64,000 nt of DNA from Octopus bimaculoides (taxonomy: Eukaryota), in the NCBI RefSeq assembly GCF_001194135.2, contig NC_068985.1, forward strand, positions 53,775,841 to 53,839,840. Reading direction: 5' to 3'. The notes below the pieces were generated by a model. The model was not told where the DNA came from. It was given only the letters and a program-made list of their open reading frames with translations, and did no database searches. Shown piece after piece: positions 1 to 10,275 of the stretch. The position numbers and the translations under genes are program-made. Numbering within the stretch: position 1 is the first letter of the stretch; every line of letters starts with the position of its first letter.

Positions 1-308
1 TTTCATGCTCTCCAAACTAACACTGGTTATCAAATTATGGGGTGGGAGACCAGCATGAACTCACACACACACATATACACGCACATACTTACACTCCACT
101 CACACACTCTTACATGATAAATTTCCAAACAGTTTCTGTTGACCAAATCTATTTACAAGGCTTTGGTTGGCTCAGGGCTATTGTAGAAGACACAAGCCCA
201 ATGTGTCATTTAGTGAGATTGAACCTGAATCCATAGCATTGCAAAGCAAATTTCTAAGTCATATGACCACACCTGCATCTGTTCATTTTTCAATATGTTC
301 TCTGTTTT

Positions 309-550
309 AGGCAGCGAGCTGGCAGAAACGTTAGCACACTGTGCAAAATGTATAGCGGTATTTCATCTGTCTTTACATTCTGAGTTCAAATTTTGCCGAG
401 GTCGACTTTGCCATTTATCCTTTTGTGGTTGATAAATTAAGTACCAGTCGATCTAATTGACTGGGTCGATCTAATTGACTGGGTCGATTTAATTGACTGG
501 GTTGATCTAATTGACTGGCTCCCTCCCCAAAAATTTCGGTAGAAAAGAAT
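309..550 (+). mobile_element. tRNA-headed SINE (GGCGGTGAGCTGGCAG family, Deu/Nin-like central domain) with internal 4x18 bp tandem duplication
   Basis: A-box-like TGGCAGAAACGTTAG, B-box-like GAGTTCAAATT, central GTCGACTTTGCC..GATAAATTAAGTACCAG shared with dozens of copies; unit GTCGATCTAATTGACTGG repeated 4 times at 447-518. Confidence 0.8.
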
Positions 551-599
551 GTTCTTTGTTTTTAGAAAGATTGTAAATGATATTTAGAACGTTTATTAC

Positions 600-1080
600 T
601 GAACTGATTTATGGTTTATAGAATGTTCACTGTTGTGCTGTTTGTTTGCAGAATGTTCATACCTTTTTATGACTATTGTTTACTAACTTTTCACATATCT
701 AATAACTATTGTTTACAGACTGTTCACTCTCCTAATAACTATTGCTTACAGAATACAATTAATATCCTGTGTTTATGTAATATTCACAGTTTACTAATTA
801 TGATTTGCAGAGTGTTCACTGACATACAGTGATTAGTGTTCATGAAAAAACATCACTATTACACCAATGATTGTTCACAAATTGTTCACTTTTTATAGTG
901 ATAATTGTTTACAGAATGCTCACTATTTTACTAACATTAGTTCGCATAATGTTCACTGCCATGTTGGTGATAGCCTACACATATTTTGCTGATGTTTTAT
1001 TGATTGTTTACTGATTGCTGACAGACTTTACTGATGTTATGATGATTGTTTACAGAATGCTCATAGTATTGCTAACAATT
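600..1080. repeat. Degenerate ~30 bp minisatellite (core ATTGTTTACAGAATGTTCACT)
   Basis: Recurrent TGTTTACAGA / AATGTTCACT blocks; exact TGTTTAC at 677, 710, 906, 1005, 1047. Confidence 0.6.
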
Positions 1081-1194
1081 GCCTCAATAACACTGTAACA
1101 ATTTTTGTCCTTTGGTAGCAACTGTTATTTCTTATTTGCTTAACCCTTGAAAGTATGAAAAATGGCTGATATTTCCTTCAAACTTTGCTTTTGT

Positions 1195-1620
1195 TACATC
1201 ATCATCATCTTCGTTTAACGTCTGCTTTCCATGCTAGCATGGGTTGGACGATTTTACTGAGGACTGGTGAAACCAGATGGCTACACCAGGCTCCAATCTG
1301 ATTTGGCAGAGTTTCTACAGCTGGATGCCCTTCCTAATGCCAACCACTCCGAGAGTGTAGTGGGTGCTTTTTATGTGTCACCGGCACAAAGGCCAGTCAG
1401 GCAGTACTGGCAATGGTCACGCTCAAAATTGGTGTATTTTATGTGCCACCTACAGAAGAGCCAGTCCAGGGGCTCTCGCTTGAAAGTCCTTACACATGCC
1501 ACAGGCACAAGTGCCAGAAAGGCGACGCTGGACATAGGTGCCGTCACGATTTTGCTTTTGCTTGCCCCAACAGGTCTTTGCAAGCTGAGTTTCGTGTCCA
1601 ATGAAGAAGACGACGTTGGC
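1195..1620 (-). mobile_element. SINE/non-autonomous retroposon with RTE-type (GAT)n tail
   Basis: Reverse complement ends CATGGAAAGCAGACGTTAAACG(ATG)n and matches the + strand copy at 12636-12860 (GGAAGGGCATCCAGCTGTAGAAACTCTGCC). Confidence 0.7.
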
Positions 1621-1639
1621 ATGGGTGCCAGTCTTACAT

Positions 1640-1785
1640 TTGTTCAAATCCCAAAGAATCCTTTTCAACACGTGGCTTATGATCAGAGATCCGCATATTG
1701 TCAGCCACTTTGTAACATGCTCAAGTGGTTAAGGTCAAGCAACTGACAAGCAAATCTGTGGTACTGAGTAGAATATTTGCTATAA
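1640..1785 (-). mobile_element. Partial copy of the ~450-480 bp (AAT)n-tailed retroposon
   Basis: Near-identical block TTAAGGTCAAGCAACTGACAAGCAAATCTGTGGTA shared with 4100-4140 and 48670-48705. Confidence 0.7.
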
Positions 1786-2174
1786 TGATATTTCTGAAAT
1801 TCAGCAACTCAACTGAATCTGTCTGAAGTGTAATGAAAAATAGGTCAGTTTCAAAACATTATTGTTCAGGTCACAAAAGCAAAGTTTGAAGGGAATAATA
1901 GTCATTTCCTTTGATTTCTAGATAAAAGCAAATAGAAAATAACACTTACTGACCAAAAACGAAAAAAAAAATGTTAAATGTTCACTGCCTTGCTGAATAT
2001 TGTCAGCAAACATTTCATTAATATATTATGAATAATTTCAAAATGCTCGCTTCATTTTTCTAATAATTGCTTAAATGCTGGTCACTTTTGCTGTTGAATA
2101 TGCATAAATCTCTTTTAATTTACTATGTCAATTAAAATATGGATATTAATGAAATATGGATCTTTTTTTTATCT

Positions 2175-2530
2175 TCTTTTACTTGTTTCAGTCATTGGAT
2201 TTCAGCCATGCTGTGGCACTACTGCAAAGTGTTTAGTTGAGTAGATCAACCCCAGTACCTACTTTTTAAGTCTGGTACTTATTCTATCAGTCTCTCTTGA
2301 TGAACCACTTAGTTCCAGGAATGTAAACAAACCAACAGCAGTTGGCAAGAAGAGGGATGGTAGACAAACATACACATATGTATACACAGTTTCCATCTAC
2401 CAGATTCACTCACAGGGTATTGGTTGGCCTAGGGCAATAGCAAAAGATATTTGTATGAGGTGCCACACAGTAGGACTGAACCCAAAACCATGAGATTGCA
2501 AAGCTTCTGAATCATACAACCATGACTGCT
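2175..2530 (-). mobile_element. tRNA-headed CORE-type SINE with internal (CA/TA)n
   Basis: Same architecture as copies at 7265-7670, 11575-11990, 15878-16118 and 22087-22300 (ACCTTGGGCAAGTGTCTT core, GTGAGTGGATTTGGTAGA, tail CAGTCAAATGACTGAAACAAGTAAAAG). Confidence 0.7.
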
Positions 2531-3736
2531 CCTATAAGGATGCTATTTAAATGTTTACCAAATGATTTGATCTTTATCCTTTATGGCTATAGTGATAGAA
2601 CTCATATTAGACAGCTGCTGCTTCTTATCACCTTCTTTAGGAGACAAACACAACACTATATTACTATGAAGATTTTCACATGTTGTTATACACTGCTGGT
2701 TGCAATGCACTTCCTTGCAATGTTATAGCTTTTGAATGAAGCCACTTTGCTGGATACGCAGGGAGGCCAATATTCCTCATGAATGGAATGTCAGTCAATT
2801 ACGTGGTTATCCATTTACAGCTGAGTAGACTGATGCAACATTCAATGATGTTTTGCTCAAGAACACAATGCCCTTCTGGTCTGGGAATCAAAATTACAAT
2901 TTTGTGATTGTGTGTGTGTCACCCTAACCACTAAGCAACACACCATCATCATATATATGATAAGGGTTATTATTCAGGGATCTGAGTGTAGGAAGTTTGT
3001 AAGCTTCAAGCAGTGAGTGGTAGGTATAAGACTGAAGATTCTTCTCAATTCTGCATTTTTATGTGTGTATGTATGTGTTAATTTATGAGAGATAAAGAGA
3101 TTACATACTGTTTGTCTTAGAGAAATTCATAAATTAACATATACAAGACTCCACTTAATTCCCCCACTACAATTTAATATGAAGAGATAACAAGAGTTAT
3201 CTCCCCATGGTACCTAATTATAGATAATGGGACAGAGTCAGAGACACAGAAAAGTCTTGTTGATGTGTTATGACCTAGAGATGCTTATTCAGCCAGCATA
3301 AAGGGGTGTTCCAAAAATAGAGTAGCATTTGAAGATATTTTACATAAAAATCTTGATAGACAAATGAGACATAGGATTTGGGGTGGGTGGGGGGTTCCTT
3401 ACCACCTACAGCACTTCATTGTCTTGAATTCTTCTGTCTATATTCTCTTTCTCTCTCTCTTTCTTTCTCCTGTGAATTTAGAATTATTATTATTGCTGTT
3501 GTTGTTCTTGGTATAATAAATGTTGCTGGCAGTCTGTAAGAAGAAATACTTAGTAGCATTTCTTTTGGCTCTTTATATTCTGAGTTCAAATCCTGCTAAG
3601 GTCAACTTTGCATTTCATCCTTTTGAGATTGATAAAATAAGTACCATTTGAGAACTGGAGTCAATGTTATCAACTACTCTCTTCTAGAATTGCTGGCTTT
3701 ATGCCTAAAGAAGAAGGAATCGTTACTATTATTATT

Positions 3737-4212
3737 GAGAGAGCAAAGTGACACTGGGGTAAAATATATGAAGCCCATCCATTATATCTCCCCATCTGAT
3801 AAGGGTACACCAAGCAAATGCATCACAACCATATGTGCATATGTGACCTTAAGATAAACAGTGCATGACGTTGCAGGCAGGACCCAGTTAGAATTTTCTT
3901 CCAGTCTAGTAGCCCATACCACTCAAAAGGTCCCTGAATAAGGGTTGTTTAAGGACATTGAATGAAACACCCAGGTTCTCAGAAGTGAATTATTCAAACC
4001 CCAAAGAATTCCTCTCAACACATGGCTATGATGCTCCCCCCACTGTTTCTGCTCATGATCAGAGATGCACATATTGTCAGCCACTAAGGGACATGCTCAA
4101 CTGATTAAGGTCAAACAACTGACAAGCAAATCTGTGGTATTGAACAGAATATTTGCTGTAGCCCATCTTTTATACCAAGACAAAACATGTACATGACAAC
4201 ACTTCTAGTCAC
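3737..4212 (-). mobile_element. ~480 bp (AAT)n-flanked non-autonomous retroposon, no recognisable Pol III boxes
   Basis: Aligns along its length with 48301-48752; (ATT)n tracts on both sides on the + strand. Confidence 0.7.
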
Positions 4213-4246
<34 letters not shown>

Positions 4247-4247
<1 letters not shown>

Positions 4248-4420
4248 GGTGGTGAGCTGGCAAAATTGTTAGCATGCCGAGCAAAATTCTTTGCAGCATT
4301 TTGTCTGTCTTTACATTCTGAGTTCAAATTTCACTGAGGTCAACTTTGCCTTTCATCCTTTCGGGGGTTGATAAATTAAGTAACCACAAAATTTCAGGCC
4401 TTGTGCCTTGTGTAGAAAGG

Positions 4421-4421
<1 letters not shown>
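4247..4421 (+). mobile_element. tRNA-headed SINE embedded in (ATT)n tracts
   Basis: AGGTGGTGAGCTGGCAAAATTGTTAGC head, GAGTTCAAAT B box, tail GTAGAAAGG(ATT)n. Confidence 0.85.
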
Positions 4422-4469
<48 letters not shown>

Positions 4470-4482
4470 ATTTGTGTTGTAG

Positions 4483-4596
4483 AATGTGATTTCCAGAAAC
4501 AGTTCCAATGTGGAAATGGAATCTGTATGTCCCACAAACATTGGTGCAACAATGTTAGAGATTGTTCTGATGGTTCTGATGAATTGCCAGGATGCA
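4483..4596 (+). CDS. Internal exon encoding one LDL-receptor class A module (ECDFQKQFQCGNGICMSHKHWCNNVRDCSDGSDELPGC)
   Basis: Six Cys in LDLa spacing, DCSDGSDE motif, tgttgtAG acceptor and GTAAGT donor, 114 nt, phase 1-1. Confidence 0.92.
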
Positions 4597-5224
4597 GTAA
4601 GTCATTCTACAATATTTTCCTTCAATATATTTATTTTATGTATTTTATGTTAACTTGTTAACTGTCTTGTTTTTATGATGTGTTTTTTTTTTAACAATAG
4701 CATCTTTGATTGCAAGTTTCAAATGCTCTAGTCAATGGTTCCTTTCATTGTAACAGCAAGAAGGGAAAGTCTGTACAAACTTGTGTGGCATAAATACCAA
4801 AAGGCATTTTGCTTGAAAACACCACTTGATTGGTTTTCTTGGTGATGTTTACATCATTCACTGTTATACAGCTCCTAAGGGAATACATATGCACACATAT
4901 ACTCACATTATCATCATCATCACTACCCTATTTAATGTTCATGCCCCATATTGGTACTGATTGGATGATTTGACAGGATCCAATACATCCAAGGACTGCA
5001 TCAATCTCCTGTGTCTACTTTAGCATAGATTATACAGCTGGAGATCTTTCCTAATGCTATTTACTTTATAGATTGTACTTGGGGCCTCTTTTTGTGCCAC
5101 CAGCAGCTTGCAACAGGAACCTGTGAGAAGCAGCTTTATGCTAAGAGATGCTGACTATGTACCTTCTCATATCTACTTCTCAGTAAACTCACAAAACTTC
5201 CATTCTTTTCTAGTATCTCACCTC

Positions 5225-5910
5225 AACTTAGATCTTATATTTCTGTAAGTTAAGATTATCATCTCTATCCTTCAGATGATATACTGTACAGTTAAGATAT
5301 GTCATTCTTGTCTTACATATGAAGTATCTGTGAGCCAAGATTTATCTACTTTGTGCTAGAAATGGTACATCTTAACTCACAAATATCTGTGAGTTAAGAT
5401 GTATGCCTACAGTTCTAAAGTTGTTGTATCTGAGAATTAAGATGCATCTTCCTGTACTATAGATGATATATTCCAGAGTTAAAAGGTGGTGTCTTCATAC
5501 AACATATGGTGTATCTTAAAGTTAAAATGTTATATTACCTTTTACTTGTAATACAAGGTAATATTACTGAAAGTTAAGATCTATCATTTCTGTATTACAA
5601 ATGAGTTAGGATCTATCCTTCAAGTGCTTAGATCTGTCCTCACTGTTCTACTGATGAGTTAGGATTTGTTCTCATTGTACCACCGATGAGTTAAGATCTA
5701 TCCCTGCACTACAGATGAGTTGAGATTTATCCTCTCTATATAACAGATATTCTATTTGAGAATTTAGACCTAACATCTTTGTATTACAGATGAGTTAAGA
5801 TCTGTTCTCTCTGTATTACAGATGACTTAAAATCTATCTTTCATATACTTCACATCAGTTAAGCGCTATCCTTTATTTACTACAGATATTATATTTGAGA
5901 GTTAAGACAT
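5225..5910. repeat. Degenerate two-period (about 43 bp and 32 bp) intronic minisatellite with GAGTTAAGAT core
   Basis: About 17 GAGTTAAGAT-like cores with spacings mostly 41-43 or 32-33 bp; perfect 16 bp hairpin at 5366-5403. Confidence 0.8.
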
Positions 5911-5942
5911 TTATTGTTTACTATGTTTCATTATCATTTTAG

Positions 5943-6056
5943 AATGTCTTGAGACCCAATTCCATTGTAAACTGTCCGGAGAATGTATTCCTGGAGAATC
6001 TTACTGTGATGGTCATGCTCTATGTCAAGATCTCACTGATGAACCACACAATTGTA
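5943..6056 (+). CDS. Internal exon encoding one LDLa module (ECLETQFHCKLSGECIPGESYCDGHALCQDLTDEPHNC)
   Basis: Six Cys in LDLa spacing, CD and DxTDE motifs, cattttAG acceptor and GTAAGT donor, 114 nt, phase 1-1; my translation, not the frame in the ORF track. Confidence 0.92.
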
Positions 6057-6280
6057 GTAAGTTATCAAGAATTGTCTATAATACTTTTAAGGTCAAAACT
6101 ATTGACACCTCTCACCTGCAACGTTTTGTTTTCATTTTCTGACATAATCCTCACTCCTACTCTCTACTACACAGTTTAATTGCAATTAAAGGATGGCCTG
6201 CATGGAAATTAACTAATGTTGTTTCTCAAAGTTCTGCTGCACAAGTGAATCCAAAAGACCTAGCATTCAGCAATAAAGCA

Positions 6281-6323
<43 letters not shown>

Positions 6324-6324
<1 letters not shown>

Positions 6325-6537
6325 CCTTTCTATTATAGGCACAAGGCCTGAAAATTGGGGGATGGGGATAGTTGATTACATCGATCCCAGTACTCAACTG
6401 GTATTTCATTTATCGACCATGAAAGGATGAAAGGCAAAGTCGACCTCAGTGGAGTTTGAACTCACAACGTAGTGATGGGCAAAATATTGCTATAAACATT
6501 TCGTCCAGCATGCTAAAGATTTTGCCAGCTCACCACC

Positions 6538-6539
<2 letters not shown>
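6324..6539 (-). mobile_element. tRNA-headed SINE flanked by (TAA)n tracts
   Basis: Reverse complement of the family at 4247-4421; (AAT)n at 6286-6323 and 6540-6650. Confidence 0.85.
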
Positions 6540-6574
<35 letters not shown>

Positions 6575-6946
6575 TAATAATAATGATAATAATAATAATA
6601 ATAATAATAATGATGATGATAATAATGACAACAACAACAACAATAAAGTAATTACTTTTTCCATAGAGTATTGATGAATATTTGATATACAGTCTACATT
6701 AGTTCTTCCTCAGTTGTAATAGTAGTAGCTTGAGTAGTACTGGTGATGGTAGTAGTAACAGTGCTTTGTGTAGTGGTGGTGGTGGTATAGGTGACAGAAA
6801 TTGTGATAGTCGTGGTGGTGGTAGTAGTAATAATAGTATTGGTGGTGGGAGTAGAGGGTAGCAGGGTGATGTAAATGGTGTTAAAAGAAATGAAGAACCA
6901 GTTCATGAAACTCTTCTTTTTTTGTCTTCTTCTTCTCTCCCATTAG

Positions 6947-7057
6947 CATGCAACCCCAAATGGCACATAGAATGTGCCAACCATCGATGTCTTCCAAAGT
7001 CTTTCAAATGTGATGCAATTAATCAATGTGGAGATTTCAGTGATGAAGTAAATTGCA
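6947..7057 (+). CDS. Internal exon encoding one LDLa module ([37 protein letters not shown])
   Basis: Long polypyrimidine tract plus AG, GTAAGT donor, six Cys, CD..GDFSDE, 111 nt, phase 1-1. Confidence 0.93.
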
Positions 7058-7211
7058 GTAAGTGTTTCATCCTCTTATCTCTTAAATTATTTATTCACAT
7101 AACAGCACAATTACAAAATATTTTATTCTTAAATTGTAAAGTATGTCCATGGATATTAACTGGCTGGGTATCATCAATATTACACACACACACACACACA
7201 CGCACGCATGC

Positions 7212-7252
<41 letters not shown>

Positions 7253-7264
7253 ACATATTCTTTT

Positions 7265-7670
7265 ATTCTTTATTTGTTTCAGTCATTTGACTGTGGCTAT
7301 ACTGGGGGTACTGCCTTGAAGGGTGTTAGTTGAACAAATCGACCCCAGGACTTTTTTAAAGCCTGGTACTATTCTATCAGTTCCTTTTGCTGAATTGATA
7401 AGTTATGGGGGTGTAAACACACCAATACTGGTTATCAATTGGTGGTGATAGACAAACACACACATACACTTTCACATGCACACACACTCGTACATGCACA
7501 CATATATATATATATGACAGGCTTTCAGTTTCAGTCTACGAAATTCACTCACAAGGTTTTGGTTGGCCTGAGGTTATAGTAGAAAACTTTTGATCAAAGT
7601 GACATGCAGTGGGACTGAACCTGGAACAACGTGGCTGGGAAGCCAGCTTCTTACCACACAGCCATGCCTA
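7265..7670 (-). mobile_element. tRNA-headed CORE-type SINE
   Basis: Reverse complement begins GGCATGGCTGTGTGGTAAGAAGCTGGCTTCCC..GGTTCAGTCCCACTGC; family tail at 7265-7310. Confidence 0.8.
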
Positions 7671-8699
7671 TATGATAAAATATTATAAACAGAAGTTTAT
7701 ATCAGTTTTTCTTTGTGTACATTTCACACTTGTGATTGTTTGAGAGCTCTGCATTGGTTGTCTCATTTGATGTCTGTAACATAATGCAATAAGATGTTCT
7801 AATGATCTGCAGTGGTTCAGCATCCAATTGCACTTGGAACATCCAATGCAGAGATTCCAGACAGCCACAATAATGAAATCTATAATATGTAGGGAAATAA
7901 ACAATATAAACTTGTGTTTAGTATAATTTCTCTTACATTTGCTCTGCATATCATAACCAGTTATTACTATTAATATAATAGTAAATAACCACTACATTGG
8001 AAGCAGACTGGATGATGACAATCTACAAGGAGCTCTAAACTCAAAAGTAGCAGTCATACATCTAACTGTACACATCAGATATACTATGTATGTATGTATG
8101 TATGTATGTCTCTTCTATTTTTTAATTATCATAAATCTTCCACTGAGGTGGGAGCTAGTTTCCAACAAAGATATGAGGCTCCATCTTTGGGATGTTGTCA
8201 ACACAAACAAATTCACATTTGAAACTTGAGAAAAGTCTTGCATATTTTTACTGTTCCACTCACAGATTGCATTTGTAATGTATGAATTAGCCGGTATATT
8301 TCTCTTTCTGAAAATCTCAGTTTATCCAGATTCTCTTTTAAGCACTTACTTTGTATGTATGTATGTATGTATGTATGTATGTATGTATGTATGTATGTAT
8401 GCATGCATGCATGCATGTATGTATGTATGTATGTATGTATGCATGCATGCATGCATATATGTATGTCATTATTCAGTTTTTTTTCAAGATTTCTTACTAA
8501 TAAAGACAGAGAGCTGGTTTCTAACCTAGATTCCAAGACTCCTTCATTGGAATTTCAACAACATCAACAGGGTAATTTTGTATGTATATATGTTTGCATA
8601 TGTGCAGATTTTTATGTTTTGTTTTATGTATGTGTTCTCATGCATATGTATGTATGTATATTGAAAATACTTCACGGAGTGATGACTGTGCCCTGCATA

Positions 8700-9030
8700 A
8701 TTACAGGCTGCCCTTTGGCAAGTTATAGCACCTGTTCAGCCACCCTGCCAGGGATATGATGAAGTCATGAGATTGCAGTATGATTGATTGGGAAGAAATA
8801 ATGGAAGAGCTCAACTGAGCTAATGGTGTTTCTTACATTGATGCTGAGCAGAGGAATCCGAGAAGATCAATGATCAGAATCATCAAACTCTATGAAGAGA
8901 GTAACTGCAATGCATCCATAGTGTTGGCATCCATGGTTGTGTAATCAGTTAATAAAAGATTCACTATGACTCAAGTTCCCAATTTGAATTCATAATAATG
9001 GAATTGATGGCAACAGAGTGTCATGCGAAT
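8700..9030 (-). mobile_element. Highly decayed RTE-like LINE ORF2 C-terminal fragment
   Basis: Minus-strand translation with stops: HYGC..TL..FDDSDHxSSRIPLLSINVRNTISSVEL, resembling LLYGCETW..LDAFDHRCLRRILGINWRDRISNEEL. Confidence 0.35.
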
Positions 9031-9084
9031 CTGCAAAATAGATAACGAAACAAAGAAAAACAGTGTATGTATGTATCTATGTCA

Positions 9085-9560
9085 CTGGTCTGGAGAGACT
9101 ACAGAGGTCATGGACACTGACCCCCTACTCCATTGACTTATACAATATTGCAGGAATGGATTTGAAGACAAGTTTTTCATGATGAGCCAACTGGCAGGAG
9201 ACCTAGGAGTAGGCCAAGAATGAAATGGTTGGCGGCGAATGAGAAGGCGGCGAGCTGGCAGAGACGTTAGCACACCGGGCGAAATGCTTAGCGGTATTTC
9301 ATCTGCCGTTACATTCTGAGTTCAAATCCCGCCGCGGTCAACTTTGCCTTTCATCCTTTCGGGGTCGATAAATTAAGTACCAGTTACGCACTGGGTCGAT
9401 GTAATTGACTTAATCTCTTTGTCTGTCCTTGTTTGTCCCCTCTATGTTTAGCCCCTTGTAGGCAATAAAGAAATAAGAATGAGATGGTTGGATAATATTC
9501 AAAGTCTCAGCTGGTGATGCTGATGCTTGGGAATCCAGCAGAAAAGTGTAATAATGGTTA
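9085..9560 (+). mobile_element. RTE LINE 3' fragment interrupted by a young tRNA-headed SINE (9233-9474)
   Basis: EPTGRRPRSRPRMKWL resumes as WLDNIQ after the SINE; 17 bp duplication AAGAATGA(A/G)ATGGTTGG at 9216-9232 and 9475-9491. Confidence 0.7.
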
Positions 9561-10275
9561 CTTCTGATAGCAATCTACTTCCATGACCCTCCCAGAAATA
9601 GTGGTGGAGAAAATGGGTGGATGAATGGATGGATGGATGTTAAAGTGTTGGATAGTGGGTGGAACAGTGCTGGATATAGGAGTAAGCTAAACAAGTTACA
9701 ATTTGAGACTTACAATTAGCTGGGCTTGGAATGATTAAGAGATATGCTTTTAATTTTTGTGAGATCTGATGTAAATGTTTAATGGGAAACTTCCAAACTT
9801 TATGTAGCTTAGAGGCTCCCCCATTGTAACAGCATTAAAGAACCCCAAGCAAAGCAATGCACTGAGGTCACAACATACAAAATCTTAGCATAGATCAGCA
9901 CTAAGACACTGGAGCAAGGCATGGACCTCCAACCTGTTGAATCCTGTTGAAACATGCAACCCATACCAGCATGGAAAGTGGACATAAGGTTATTATAATT
10001 TAATAGGGAAAATGCCACTAGAATCACCTTATCCCCAACAAAAAAGAAGCATAATTAAATTAACTATTTTGTACAGGTATGGTTGTGTAACTAAAAAGCT
10101 TGTTTTGCAAGCTTTGGGTTCTGTGCCACTGCCTGGCACCTTGGGTAAGTGTCTACTATTATAGCTCTGGGTTGACCAATGCCTTGTGAGTGAATTTGCT
10201 AGCCTTTGTTTTGTTTTTTTCAATTATTTTTATTGGTGTTCATTTTTGTCCAATTCTCTTTCTATTGTCTTCCAG

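Noticed and set aside
1267-1746. 159 aa ORF
   Set aside because: Lies antisense across a (GAT)n-tailed retroposon and a second repeat fragment; no domain motif
5225-5910. CRISPR-like appearance of cores with variable spacers, plus a CTGATGA hammerhead-like heptamer at 5651
   Set aside because: Spacers are homologous to each other, cores are only 10 bp, the context is eukaryotic with no cas genes, and no GAAA or stem II follows the heptamer
6694-6906. Thr-rich mucin-like minus-strand ORF
   Set aside because: Translation of a decayed (GTA/GTG)n trinucleotide tract within an intron of the + strand gene
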